From Candidatus Glassbacteria bacterium (lineage in GTDB: Bacteria; Gemmatimonadota; Glassbacteria; GWA2-58-10), in contig CAVVYO010000006.1 of NCBI GenBank assembly GCA_963752515.1, forward strand, positions 274,284-338,283: 64,000 bases of DNA, read 5' to 3'. The notes under the pieces are model-generated. The model saw only the letters and a program-made list of their open reading frames with translations. It was not told the DNA's origin and made no database searches. Positions 1 to 10,183 of this stretch are shown piece after piece; within the stretch, counting starts at the first letter, position 1, and each line of letters begins with the position of its first letter. Position numbers and translations under genes: made by a program.

Positions 1-74
1 GGGGATAATGCTTTTCCGGGAGGGCCGATCGACTGTGGTTCGTTCGCATCCAACGCAGCCGGGGTGCAGGGAGG

Positions 75-1439
75 GTGGAGATGGATGACCTGGGAGTTCA
101 GAACGCGGAAAAAACAGGCATCGAGTCCGAAATAATCGCCAACAAGCGGGAGGGTTTGATGACGAAGCTCAAGGACAAGCTGGCTTCCAGGATCCCACAG
201 CTCCGCGACAACTACCAGCGCGTCCTCAAGCAGTACGGGGACCGGGAAATCTCCAAGGTCACTGTCCAGCAGCTTTTCGGCGGCATGCGCGGGGTCAGGA
301 CCCTGTTCTGCGACACCTCGGTGGTCGATCCGGAAAAAGGGCTGATCATCCGCGGGTACCCGATCCTCGAGATCGCCCACCGGCTCCCGGAAGAAATCTT
401 CCTGCTGCTGCTGCTGGGCGAGATGCCCACCCCCGAGGAAACCAGTGACTTCCAGCGCACGCTGAGCGACCACGAGCCCTTGCCGGCCTACATCTGGCAG
501 GCGATGCGCTCGTTGCCGCGGGACACCCACCCGATGGTCCGGCTGAGCATGGGCATCCTCAGCATGGAGCGCGAGAGCAGGTTCCGCCAGCGCTACGAAG
601 CGGGGATGAAGAAATCGGACTACTGGGAGCCGGCGCTGGATGATGCGATCCGGATCCTCAGCATCCTGCCCGAGCTGGCGGCGGGCATCTACCGCATCTA
701 CACCGGCGAGGGCGACCCGATCCCACCCCGCAAGGACCTGGACTGGGGCGCCAACTATGCCTACATGCTGGGCTTCGAGGACAAAAACGGCGAGTTCGCC
801 CGGCTGATGCGGCGCTACCTGGTGCTGCACTCCGACCACGAGGGCGGCAATGTCAGCGCCTTCACCAACCACGTGGTCAGCTCCGCCCTGTCCGATCCCT
901 ACCTGGCGGTGAGCGCCGGTCTCAACGGGCTGGCCGGCCCGCTCCACGGACTGGCCAATCAGGAATGCCTGGCCTTCGTGATCGAGATCATGGAGCGCTA
1001 CCACGGAGTGCCGAGCGATGAGCAGCTCCGCGAGTTCGCCTGGGAGCGGCTCAACAGCGGCCAGGTGATCCCGGGTTTCGGCCACGCCGTGCTGCGGGTA
1101 ACCGACCCCCGCTTCACCGCGATGCACCAGTTCGGCCTGGAGTGCTGCCCGGACTCCCCGCCCTTCAAGATTGTCGACCGGCTGTTCGCGGTGGTCCCCG
1201 AGGTGCTGGTCAAGCAGGGAAAAGCCAAGAACCCCTATCCCAATGTCGATGCGGTCTCGGGCTCGCTGCTGTACCATTACGGGCTCCGGGAAAACAACTA
1301 CTACACCGTCCTGTTCGGGGTCGCCCGGGCGATGGGCATGCTCAGCCAGCTCGTGCTCAACCGCGCCCTCGGCGCCCCGATTTTCCGCCCGAAATCGGTG
1401 CGGCTGGACTGGGTCAGGCAACTGCTGGAAGCCAAGTAA
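75..1439 (+). CDS. gltA: citrate synthase
   Basis: 454-aa ORF with citrate synthase hallmarks (GLAGPLHGLANQE, GFGHAVLRVTDPRF, YPNVD). GGGAGG RBS precedes the ATG at 81; alternative internal start at 159. Followed by an intrinsic terminator. Confidence 0.9.
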   Translation: MEMDDLGVQNAEKTGIESEIIANKREGLMTKLKDKLASRIPQLRDNYQRVLKQYGDREISKVTVQQLFGGMRGVRTLFCDTSVVDPEKGLIIRGYPILEIAHRLPEEIFLLLLLGEMPTPEETSDFQRTLSDHEPLPAYIWQAMRSLPRDTHPMVRLSMGILSMERESRFRQRYEAGMKKSDYWEPALDDAIRILSILPELAAGIYRIYTGEGDPIPPRKDLDWGANYAYMLGFEDKNGEFARLMRRYLVLHSDHEGGNVSAFTNHVVSSALSDPYLAVSAGLNGLAGPLHGLANQECLAFVIEIMERYHGVPSDEQLREFAWERLNSGQVIPGFGHAVLRVTDPRFTAMHQFGLECCPDSPPFKIVDRLFAVVPEVLVKQGKAKNPYPNVDAVSGSLLYHYGLRENNYYTVLFGVARAMGMLSQLVLNRALGAPIFRPKSVRLDWVRQLLEAK

Positions 1440-1452
1440 TTTCGCCTGGAGC

Positions 1453-1490
1453 AAAAAAGGCGGGCCGGGATTCCCGGTCCGCCTTTTTTT
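1453..1490 (+). terminator. intrinsic terminator after gltA, flanked by A-run and T-run
   Basis: GGCGGGCCGGG (1459-1469) pairs with CCCGGTCCGCC (1473-1483). The single non-Watson-Crick pair is G.U on the + strand only. A T7 run follows at 1484-1490 and an A6 run lies at 1453-1458. Confidence 0.65.
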
Positions 1491-1519
1491 ATCGTTGCCG
1501 TCCACTCCGCTGCCGGCTT

Positions 1520-2570
1520 TCAGCTGCGCGGGTGGCTCTCGAAGATCAATCCATCGCCATCGGTGGCGTCCACCTCAGTCTGGGGGCCCTGGGCCAGCCC
1601 GAGGTACTCCGCCCGCTGCTGCTCGCGGGAGCCGGTGGACAGCTTGCGCCGGGCGCTGCCGCGGATCTGCTCCACACGCTCCGCCTGCTGCTGCTCCAGG
1701 TAGGCTTCCAGCTCATCCAGCAGGACCCGCAACTCCCCCAGCCCCCGGCGGTAGAGCAGCGAGCAGACCTGGACCGTGGTCGCCCCGGCCAGCAGGTACT
1801 TGATCACCGCCTCGCCGCTGTGCACCCCGCCCGAGGCCGAAAGCTGCGCCTCCGGGAACTCCTCATGCAGGATCGCCACCCAGCGCAATGGATAATAGAT
1901 GCTGGCCAGGTCGGTCAGCCCGCGGTCGGCCTTGAACAGGATCGCCCGCCGCTGCTGAATGTCGATGTCCAGGCCGCTCTGGCGGTTGAACACCACCAGC
2001 GCCCGGGCCCCGGCCTCGAACAGCAGGCGCGCGACATGGGCCGGGTTGGTGAGCTGGCCGCTCAGCTTGACCGCCACCGGCAGCCGAACCTGGGAGCAGA
2101 CCGCCGAGACGATCTGGGCGAAAATCTCCTCGCTCTGGCAACCGGGCATGGTCTTGTGCACCGAGGGCACCGAAAGATTGAGCTCGATCCCATCCGCGCC
2201 CGAGGCCTCGAGCTGGGCCGCGTAGTCGATCCACCAGCGGGGCTCGGCGCAGTTGATCGAGGCGATCACCGGGATCGCCACCTGGTCCTTGGCTTTCCTG
2301 ATCTCCTCGCAGTACTCCCGCGGCCCATAGCGCAGCCCGAGATCCGCGTTCAGGTAGTCGGCCAGCTTCCGGGTGGCTCATCAGGGTGTCCTGGAAGGTG
2401 TTGTCCCGGCGGCGGATGTCCTCCTCGAAGATGCTCTTCATCACCACCGCCCCGGCGCCGGCCTCGGCGCATTTGCGGATCTGGGCGGCGGAGCTGGTCA
2501 GCCCGCTGGAAGAGACGATCAGGGGGTTGGCGAGCCGCAGGCCCAGGTATTCGACTGACAGATTCGGCAT
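1520..2570 (-). CDS. dihydroorotate dehydrogenase-like TIM-barrel flavoprotein (PyrD/PreA family), one apparent frameshift
   Basis: N-terminal part is in ORF 1863..2570 (MPNLSVEYLGLRLANPLIVSSSGL...KSIFEE). C-terminal part is in ORF 1520..2281 (IPVIASINC...GADGIELNLS...ASGGVHSGEAVIKYLLAGATTVQVCS). The frames switch between ...DTLMSHPE and KLADYLNADLGLRYGP at about 2355-2375. Confidence 0.75.
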
Positions 2571-2690
2571 GCTTGATCTCCCGTTGCGTGCATGATGCGC
2601 CGGCCCGCTGCGACTTCCGGCCTCGAAGGTTATCCTGCCCGTGTCACCCGCTTTCGCCGCTGAACTGCCGCGCTGCCCGTCGGACCCCGC

Positions 2691-3509
2691 TCAGTACTTC
2701 TGCCGGATGTAGCTGAGGGTGTTGCCCCACTCCTTGGTGCTGGTGACCAGCCCCGATTTCTTGTCCAGCTTGTCGATCAGTTGCTGGGAGTTGTCGATCC
2801 GCTCCTGGGTCATCGGGTGGGTGGAGAACAGCTTCTGCCAGTTCGGGGCCTCGGCGCCGCCCTCGCCGCTCTTAGCCATCAGCACCTTGAACATGTCCAC
2901 CATCCCGCGGGGGTCATAGCCGGCCTCGTACATCATCAGCAACCCGTCGTGGTCCGCCTCGCGCTCAGCCTCCCGGCTGTAATAGAGCAGGCCGGTGCTG
3001 GTGAAAAGCTGGGCGGCAATCTGCTCGATCTGGCTGCGGTTGCCCAGCACCGCCTCGCTGACCAGCCCGGCCAGCTGCATCTGGCTCAGGCGTTTCATGC
3101 TGTGCTGGTTGGTGACGTGGGAGATTTCGTGGGCCACCACGCTGATCAGCTCATTCTCGTCCTTGACCGCCTTGAACAGCCCGGTGTTGACGTAGCAGTA
3201 GCCGCCGGGGATGGCGAACGCGTTGACCTCATCGGACTTGACCACCGCGAAGTGGTAGTCCAGGTCCTTGCGCTCCGCGTGCGCCACCAGCCGCTGGCCG
3301 CGCTCGTTCAGAAAGTCCTGGAGACGGCTGTCATCGATGACCTGCATCTCCTTGTGGATCTGCTGGTCGAGTTGCTGTCCCAACTGCACTTCTTCATCGG
3401 TGCTGTAGAAATTCATGTTCTGGATCGAGCTGCAGCCGGTCAACGCGATGGCCGCGACAAAAGTCAGCGGCAGGATGAACCTGTCGGCCAGTGTTCTGAT
3501 CACAAACAC
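2691..3509 (-). CDS. M48 family zinc metalloprotease, lipoprotein
   Basis: 272-aa ORF with lipobox LTGCSS and HExxH motif (VVAHEISHVTNQH). GTG start; the GTG at 3503 is better spaced from GGGAGG. Confidence 0.85.
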   Translation of the reverse strand: MFVIRTLADRFILPLTFVAAIALTGCSSIQNMNFYSTDEEVQLGQQLDQQIHKEMQVIDDSRLQDFLNERGQRLVAHAERKDLDYHFAVVKSDEVNAFAIPGGYCYVNTGLFKAVKDENELISVVAHEISHVTNQHSMKRLSQMQLAGLVSEAVLGNRSQIEQIAAQLFTSTGLLYYSREAEREADHDGLLMMYEAGYDPRGMVDMFKVLMAKSGEGGAEAPNWQKLFSTHPMTQERIDNSQQLIDKLDKKSGLVTSTKEWGNTLSYIRQKY

Positions 3510-3660
3510 CTCCCTACCGGAATTGGCGGGTGCATCATATAATACTAAAAGAAGAATCGACAGTTAGACCTGGATGTTCCCACTTTTATTCACTCCCAAC
3601 CGTAATATAAGCCTGGAGCCGGATGCTTTCAAGTCGGAGCTCCGAGGGGAGGAGGCGGCG

Positions 3661-4410
3661 ATGGACAGCCCGATCGATCGTTACCAGCGCCTGGCGGACT
3701 ACTACGACATCTTCATCGACTGGGAACCGCGGCTCGCGCGCGAGCTTCCGTTCCTGCTGGCAGTGGCCCCGCCGGGCAAGCTGCGGCGGGCCCTGGACCT
3801 CGGCTGCGGCAGCGGAAAGCACCTGGAGCGGCTCGGCCAGGAGGGTTTCGCCGTGGAGGGCAGCGAGCCCTCCCCCGCCCTGCGCGAGCAGGCCCGCAAG
3901 CTGCTCGGGGCCTCGCGGGTGCACGCGGCCCCGCTGGAGGAACTCGCGGGCCTGGCCGAGGAGCACGGGCCATGGGAGCTGGTGCTCTGCCTGGGCAACA
4001 CCCTGGCCCACCTGCCGGCCGACCGGCTGGACCGGTTCGCCGCGGACCTGGAACGCAGCCTGGCGCCGGCCGGGGTGGCGGTGCTGCATCTGCTGAACTA
4101 CGAAAAAATCATGGAGCGACAGCCCGCCGGTCTCCCGCCCAAGCTGGTCGAGCACCAGGGCCGGCGCTGGCGCTTCGAGCGCGAATATCGCTACCGGGAG
4201 GACCGGATCGAGTTCACGGTCAAGGTCTTCCGGGATGATGAACCGCTGGCCGAGGACCGCGAGCTGCTCTATCCCCTGACCGAACCGCAACTCCGGCGCG
4301 CCGCGGCCCGGGCCGGGTTCGGCCGGATCGGATGCTACGGCGGCTTCAGCCGCGAGACTCCTTTCACCTCTGATAGTGACAACCTGGTGATGGTTATGCA
4401 TAAAGGCTGA
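3661..4410 (+). CDS. class I SAM-dependent methyltransferase
   Basis: SAM-binding motif I LDLGCGSGKH. Strong GGAGGAGG RBS just before the ATG at 3661; the ORF track opens at 3574. Confidence 0.8.
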   Translation: MDSPIDRYQRLADYYDIFIDWEPRLARELPFLLAVAPPGKLRRALDLGCGSGKHLERLGQEGFAVEGSEPSPALREQARKLLGASRVHAAPLEELAGLAEEHGPWELVLCLGNTLAHLPADRLDRFAADLERSLAPAGVAVLHLLNYEKIMERQPAGLPPKLVEHQGRRWRFEREYRYREDRIEFTVKVFRDDEPLAEDRELLYPLTEPQLRRAAARAGFGRIGCYGGFSRETPFTSDSDNLVMVMHKG

Positions 4411-4588
4411 AAAACGGTTTTGGCCTGCTGGGAACGAAATTTTTCTGATTCCCCCAAACTTGTGCCGGAAAGGTAATTGTAGATTTTTTCTTTGAAATTT
4501 GGAGCAGAGCCCCTTATTTTGTTCCAGCCTGGAACGTGATCTCTAATCCTGAAAATATGGCCCGCTCCTTCCTCCATCGGATGAGAAC

Positions 4589-5488
4589 ATGCTGAGCCTC
4601 AACGCGCTGATCGAGCAGTTGCTGGCGGTGCGACAGTTGCCGACCCTTTCGCCGGTGGCGCTGATGCTCGAGCAGTCGCTGGAAAGCGAGGATGCCGACA
4701 TCCACCGGGTCAGCCGCATCATCGGCGATGATCCCTCGATCACCAGCATGGTCCTCAAGCTGGCCAACAGTGTCGCCTACGGCTCCCGGCGGACCATCTC
4801 CTCGGTACAGGAAGCGGTGGTCCGGCTGGGGTTCAAGGAAATCCGCAAGATGGTCTTCGACCTGTCGGTGGTGAGGCTCCTGACCGACCGGGAGGACAGC
4901 CGGCTGGACCCGATCGGTTTCTGGGAGCACTCGATCGGGGTGGCGCACTGCATGGAGCTGATCGACGAGCGGATCGGGGTGATGCCCCAGGATGGGCCCC
5001 AGGCGCACGTGGTGGGGCTGCTGCACGACCTCGGGCGCTGGGTCTCCGCCACCTACCTGTCGGAGTACTACCAGGAGATCCCGCGGGATGTGGTTCCCCG
5101 CCGGGACATCACCGCGCTCGAGCGGGACCACATCGGACTGGACCACGCCCAGATCGGGGCGGCCCTGCTGGAGCGCTGGGGGCTGCCGCTCAAGATCGTG
5201 CATTGCGTACGGTTCCATCACCAGCCGGAAGTGGCGCCCCGTCCGGAGCGCCAGATCGCCCACCTGATCCACCTCTCGGATGGTTTCTGCCGCGCGGCCG
5301 GGATCGGCGATGTCGGCGAGGGACTGCCCGCCGGGGAGAAGCAGCACGAGTCCATGGAGCAACTGCATCTGGATCCGCAGATTTGCGAGGAGCTCGCGCC
5401 CCTGATCCGGGAACGGATGGCGCGCAGCGATGTCCTGCTCTCGATCGGCGGGCTGGAGCGCAAGCACGGGCCCAACTCCGGCCACTGA
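4589..5488 (+). CDS. HDOD domain signalling protein
   Basis: 299-aa ORF with HDOD-type N-terminus (LPTLSPVALMLEQ...IHRVSRIIGDDPSITSMVLKLANSVAYG) and an HD-like HDLG segment. Confidence 0.8.
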   Translation: MLSLNALIEQLLAVRQLPTLSPVALMLEQSLESEDADIHRVSRIIGDDPSITSMVLKLANSVAYGSRRTISSVQEAVVRLGFKEIRKMVFDLSVVRLLTDREDSRLDPIGFWEHSIGVAHCMELIDERIGVMPQDGPQAHVVGLLHDLGRWVSATYLSEYYQEIPRDVVPRRDITALERDHIGLDHAQIGAALLERWGLPLKIVHCVRFHHQPEVAPRPERQIAHLIHLSDGFCRAAGIGDVGEGLPAGEKQHESMEQLHLDPQICEELAPLIRERMARSDVLLSIGGLERKHGPNSGH

Positions 5489-5500
5489 CCTTTCGTCCCG

Positions 5501-6172
5501 TCAGCCTTCCTGCTGATTGGCTTTCCGCTCGATCCGGGCGATGCTCTCCCCCTTGCCCAGCAGGATCACCACATCGCTGTCCTTCAGCCGGTAATCCGGC
5601 TGCGGCAGCACCGTGAACCGCTCCGGCACCGCCTCCTTGATCGCGATCACGAAGACATCGTACTTGCGGCGCAGGTCCAACTCGATCAGCGACTGCCCGA
5701 CAAACTCCATCGGGGTGAGGATCTCGCTCATGATGTACTCTCCGGCCAGGTCGATCGTGTCCAGCACCGAGGGCGAGGTCAGCTTGCGCGCCAGCTTGAC
5801 CGCCACCTCCTGCTCCGGGAAGATCACCTGATCGGCCCCGACCTTCCGCATCGCCCGCGCCTCGTCGCTGTCGTTGGCCTTGACGATCACGTGCTTGACC
5901 TTCAGTTCCTTGAGAAACATGATGGTCAGGATCGCCTTGCTGATATTGGGGCCGAGGCTGACGATCACGGCGTCCATTTCTCCGGCCCCGTTGGCTTCCA
6001 GCAAGTTCCGGTCCGCCGCATCGGCGATCAGCGCCCGGGAGGTGAAGTCAGCCAACTCCTCGATCCGCTCCCGGTCGTTGTCGATCGCCACCACCTCGTG
6101 ACCGATCTCGAACAGGGTCCTGGCCACCTGGCCCCCGAAATTGCCCAGGCCGATCACCATGAATTTCTTCAC
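5501..6172 (-). CDS. ktrA: K+ uptake regulatory subunit (TrkA/KtrA, RCK domain)
   Basis: MKKFMVIGLGNFGGQVA Rossmann motif plus a TrkA-C-like C-terminus. Lies directly downstream of the ktrB-like gene. Confidence 0.85.
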   Translation of the reverse strand: MKKFMVIGLGNFGGQVARTLFEIGHEVVAIDNDRERIEELADFTSRALIADAADRNLLEANGAGEMDAVIVSLGPNISKAILTIMFLKELKVKHVIVKANDSDEARAMRKVGADQVIFPEQEVAVKLARKLTSPSVLDTIDLAGEYIMSEILTPMEFVGQSLIELDLRRKYDVFVIAIKEAVPERFTVLPQPDYRLKDSDVVILLGKGESIARIERKANQQEG

Positions 6173-6194
6173 TGGTTCCTCCGGTGATGGAACA

Positions 6195-7570
6195 TCAGAG
6201 CATCACGTCTTCTTCCGGATACTTGTAGCGCTCGCGGATCCGTTCCCGCATCAGGCCATAGGTCATGGTCACCAGCCCGACCCGTCCGGCGAACATCATC
6301 CCGATGATGATCAGCTTGCCGATGAGGTTCAACTGGCTGGTGGTCGAGCCGTAGGACAGCCCGACTGTCCCCAGGGCCGATACCGATTCGAACAGGTAAC
6401 CGATGAACAGGTCGCGCTGGGTGGGGTGCAGATACTGCTGGCCCTGGGTGGCCAGCAGGGCCACCGTGCTGGCCATGATCAGCAGGATTCCCACCAGGGC
6501 CACCGAAACCGCCCGCCGCATGGTCCGCTCCGGAATCTCCCGCTCCGCGATGTTCACCGCGTTGGCCCCCCTCAGCCGGCGCAGGAACAGCACGAACAGC
6601 AGGGCGACAGTCGTGGTGCGCACCCCTCCGCCGCAGGAGCCGGGCGAGGCCCCGATGTACATCAGCGCGATGGTCAGCAGCAGCGAGGCGTTGCTCAGCA
6701 CATCCATCGGCAAGCTGTTGAACCCGGCGGTGCGTGGGACCACCGCCTGGAAAAAGGCATTCAGCAGTTGCAGTCCCGGGGCATCCCCGCCAGGGAATTC
6801 CCGCGCTCGAGCAGGAAAAACGCCGCCGTGCCGATCAGCAGCAGCAGCGCGGTGGTGATCAGCACCAGCCGGCTGTTGATCGACAGCCTTCGCCGCCGGC
6901 CCCGCGCCCTGACCGCCAGCTCGTAGACCACGGCGAATCCCAGTCCGCCCAGGATGATCAACCAGGCGATAGTCAGCAGCAGCAGCGGGCTGTCGCGGAA
7001 GGGAATGAAGCTGCTGCCGGTCAGGTCGAACCCGGCGTTGCAGAAGGCCGAAACGCTGTGGAAAAGACCATACCACAGCGACTGGCCGAGGGGCGCGCCG
7101 CTGGTCACGAACCCGATCGCCAGCAGGGACATCCCCACCGCCTCGGTGATGAAGGTGAACAGGAAGATCAGCCGGACCAGCTCCCAGATCCGCAGGCCCG
7201 GGGCGGAGCCGGAGTACATGCTTTCGATCACCCAGCGGTCGCGCAGGGCCGGGATCCGCCCGACAGTCAGGAACATCATCACCGAAAAGGAGATGATCCC
7301 CAGACCGCCGATCTGGATCAGCAACATGATCACCACCTTGCCGAACAGCGAGAAGGTGTCGGCGGTGGTGACCACGTTCAGCCCGGTGACACAGACCGCG
7401 CTGGTGGTGGTGAACAGGGCGTCGATCAGCGCCACCGGCCGCTCACCGGCGGCGGACCAGGGCAGCCAGAGCAGCAGCGTCCCCAGCAGGATCACCCCCA
7501 GAAAGCTCAGGGCCATCAGTTGGCCGCTCTGCAGGCGGCGGAAAAACCATCCCGACTTTCTGTTCTGCAT
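6195..7570 (-). CDS. ktrB: K+ transporter membrane subunit (TrkH/KtrB family), one apparent frameshift
   Basis: N-terminal part is in ORF 6761..7570 (...TTSAVCVTGL...SAFCNAGF). C-terminal part is in ORF 6195..7076 (...NAFFQAVVPRTAGFNS...SALGTVGLSYG). The frame switch is inside GGCGGGGATGCCCCGGGAC at about 6780-6795. Confidence 0.85.
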
Positions 7571-7754
7571 CCGGTCCGGTCCTTTGCCAGATTACCGCAG
7601 CCTCGAGTCAAATCCCCAAGCCGCAGCCCTTGCCCATGATGATCGAGAGGTATATCTTAGTCAATCTTTGGCACGGCCCCGGCCCCCGGCCGGCCATCCC
7701 GGCGGGGACCACGCCGCGGTCCTTGTCGCCATCCGTTCACCCCCGAGCAGGCCC

Positions 7755-8939
7755 ATGCGGATCGCCCTGTACAACCGTCACCGGATCTACTTCACCAGTG
7801 CGCTGATGGATCTGACCTACGCCTTCGTGGTGGGCGCCGTGGCGGTCTATGCGGTGGAACTCGGCGCCAGCCCGATGCAGCTCGGGCTGATCGGGTCGGT
7901 CGGCGCCGCGGTCTATACCGTGGCCAGCTACCTGGGAGGGATGCTGGTCGAGCGCTGCTCGCGCCGCCTGATGATCCTGCTGACCGCCGCCGGCTGCGCC
8001 CTGGCCTGCCTGGGGCTGACCGGCGCCGCCAGCCTGGGAAAGATCTACCTGTTCTTCGCCCTGTTCAACGCCGCCCTGGGGGCGTTCTGGCCGACAATGC
8101 AGTCGCTGGTGGCCGACAGCCGCCACCGCCGCAACCTGGCCGGGACCCTGGGGACTTTCTGCATCTCCTGGAGCCTGGGCTTCACGATCGGGCATTTCGC
8201 GGCGGGCTACCTGACCGAGCTGTCCTCCACCCTGCCGTTCGGCTGGGCGCTGGGGACCCTGCTGCTGATCCTGCTGGTGAGCGGCACCCTCTCCGATGCC
8301 GAGGGGGCCGAGCGCACCGGCAGCGCCGACTTCCTGATTAACCTCACTCCCGAGCGGCGCCGGCTCTGGCGGCGGTTCCTGATCAGCGGCTGGCTGGCCA
8401 ATTTTGCCCTGGTCTTCATCCAGGCCACGCTCAAGATGCTCTTTCCCAAGCTCGCCCTGGAGGTCGACCAGCTCAGCCGCACCACCCTGGGCCTGCTGCT
8501 GGCGCTGATCCACGCCGGCCAGTTCGCGGTCTTCGTGCTGGTGCGCTACTGGCACAGCTGGCAGTACAACCGGCGGATCTACCTGCTGACCCAGTTGATC
8601 TCCCTGCCCGGGACCGCCCTGCTGGTCCTGGGCGGCAACACTCTGCTCTATGGGCTGGGGATGCTGCTGATCGGGGTGGCCAGCGGGTTCACCTACACTT
8701 CGAGCATCTACTACAGCGTCAGCCGCCCGCCCGAGGAGCGCAGCCGCACCGGAGCGCACGAGGCGATGATCGGACTGGGGATCCTGCTGGGACCGCTGGC
8801 CGGGGGCTGGGTCGCCGGACGCTGGGACCTGCACGCCCCCTACCTGCTCTGCCTGTTGCTGACTGTCGCGCTGCTGGCCGGCCAGGTCTGGCTGCTCTAC
8901 CATCCCGCGACGGCAGCCCCGGCTCAGTCCCGGGACTGA
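7755..8939 (+). CDS. MFS transporter
   Basis: Multi-TM protein beginning MRIALYNRHRIYFTSALMDLTYAFVV at ATG 7755. The upstream 267 codons of ORF 6954..8939 are antisense to ktrB and look spurious. Confidence 0.75.
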   Translation: MRIALYNRHRIYFTSALMDLTYAFVVGAVAVYAVELGASPMQLGLIGSVGAAVYTVASYLGGMLVERCSRRLMILLTAAGCALACLGLTGAASLGKIYLFFALFNAALGAFWPTMQSLVADSRHRRNLAGTLGTFCISWSLGFTIGHFAAGYLTELSSTLPFGWALGTLLLILLVSGTLSDAEGAERTGSADFLINLTPERRRLWRRFLISGWLANFALVFIQATLKMLFPKLALEVDQLSRTTLGLLLALIHAGQFAVFVLVRYWHSWQYNRRIYLLTQLISLPGTALLVLGGNTLLYGLGMLLIGVASGFTYTSSIYYSVSRPPEERSRTGAHEAMIGLGILLGPLAGGWVAGRWDLHAPYLLCLLLTVALLAGQVWLLYHPATAAPAQSRD

Positions 8940-8949
8940 GGCCCCACGC

Positions 8950-10119
8950 TCAGGAGTCCTCGCCGGCCCCGACTTCCTGGCTCGGCTCGCCCATCCGCAC
9001 GCAGCTGACACTGTACTCCAGCCCCGCCTTCAGGCAGCCGTTGCAGCTGATGCAGTCGTAAGGGTCGAAAATGCCCTGGCGCCAACGGGAGGGCAGGTCC
9101 GGGGTACGGATCAGCGGCCGCCCGATCCCCACCAGGTCGGCGTAGCCCTGCTCGAGGATCTCCCGCACCGCTTCCGGGGAGCGCACCCCGCCGGTAAGGA
9201 TCACCGGCAGGCCGCAGGTCTCGCGGATCAGGCGGGCCTGCTCGCGGAAATATGCCTCCTTGGAGGGCTTGACAATCCGCATCCGGCTCGGGTTGTTGCC
9301 GCTGACCGAGATCGCGTCGCAGCCGGCCTCGGCCAGCATCGCGGCGGTGATCAGGGTGTCGGCGAGGGTGATCCCGTTGGGGGCGAAATCCTCGCAGTTG
9401 AGGCGGAAGATCACCGGCAGCTCGGGGGCCGCCTCGCGCACCGCCTCCAGCACCTCGATCGCGAAACGGACGCGCTGGCGGGCGCCTCCGCCGTAAAGGT
9501 CGGTGCGCTTGTTGAACATCGGGCTGAGGAACTGGCTGATCAGGTAATGGTGGGCGCCGTGCAGCTCGATCGCATCGAACCCGGCCTCGACCGCGCGCTC
9601 GGCGGCCACGGCGAACTCATCGATGATCTGCTCGATCTGCCAGCGGGTGAGCGAGCGCATGATCTGGGCATTGCCCTTGTGCAGCCGCCCGGCTTTCTCG
9701 CTCTGAGTGGCGCCGGTCAGGGCGATCAGTGAGGGGCCGTAGATCAGCCCATCCGGATCGAACGCCTGGTCGGCGTTGAGCCCGCAGTGGGCCAGCTGGA
9801 TCGCGAGCTTGTCCCCCCTGGCATGGACCGCCTCCACCAGCCGGGTCAGCCCCGGCAGGTGGTCATCGTCCGAGGCCCCCAGCATCCGTGGAACCGCCCG
9901 GCTGCCGGCGTTGACAAAAGCGAAGCCGGTGATGATCAGCCCCAGGCCATGCCCGGCCAGGGCCTCGTAGAACTCCACTGTCCGGTCGGTGACAAAGCCG
10001 GCCTCATCCGCGGTCGAGCACCAGATCGGCGCCCGGACCAGCCGCCCGGGCAGGGAGAACCTGCCGCGCTCGAACGGCTCGAAAGCCGATTTGATGCTGG
10101 GGTCTGGCGTAGCGGGCAT
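8950..10119 (-). CDS. NADH:flavin oxidoreductase (Old Yellow Enzyme family) with Cys-rich C-terminal tail
   Basis: OYE-like sequence from MPATPDPSIKSAFEPFERGRFSLPGRLVRAPI, including ...IQLAHCGL...FDAIELHGAHHYLISQFLSP. GGAGGA RBS precedes ATG 10119. The tail is CISCNGCLKAGLEYSVSC. The ORF-track N-terminal extension to 10551 is Ser/Arg-rich and overlaps the next gene. Confidence 0.8.
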   Translation of the reverse strand: MPATPDPSIKSAFEPFERGRFSLPGRLVRAPIWCSTADEAGFVTDRTVEFYEALAGHGLGLIITGFAFVNAGSRAVPRMLGASDDDHLPGLTRLVEAVHARGDKLAIQLAHCGLNADQAFDPDGLIYGPSLIALTGATQSEKAGRLHKGNAQIMRSLTRWQIEQIIDEFAVAAERAVEAGFDAIELHGAHHYLISQFLSPMFNKRTDLYGGGARQRVRFAIEVLEAVREAAPELPVIFRLNCEDFAPNGITLADTLITAAMLAEAGCDAISVSGNNPSRMRIVKPSKEAYFREQARLIRETCGLPVILTGGVRSPEAVREILEQGYADLVGIGRPLIRTPDLPSRWRQGIFDPYDCISCNGCLKAGLEYSVSCVRMGEPSQEVGAGEDS

Positions 10120-10183
10120 CGATCCTCCGCTTCCCTGGTGGTCTGCTCCCCGGCCCGGGGGCCGGGTCAAACTGCGACGGCCT

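Noticed and set aside
6954-7754. N-terminal extensions of ORF-track entries: 6954..8939, 8950..10551, 36024..38072, 38798..41224, 45774..46868, 24804..27161 and 59124..61799.
   Set aside because: The extensions are low-complexity, overlap neighbouring genes on the opposite or same strand, and lack RBSs. Internal starts with good Shine-Dalgarno sequences coincide with the beginning of family-conserved sequence or signal peptides.
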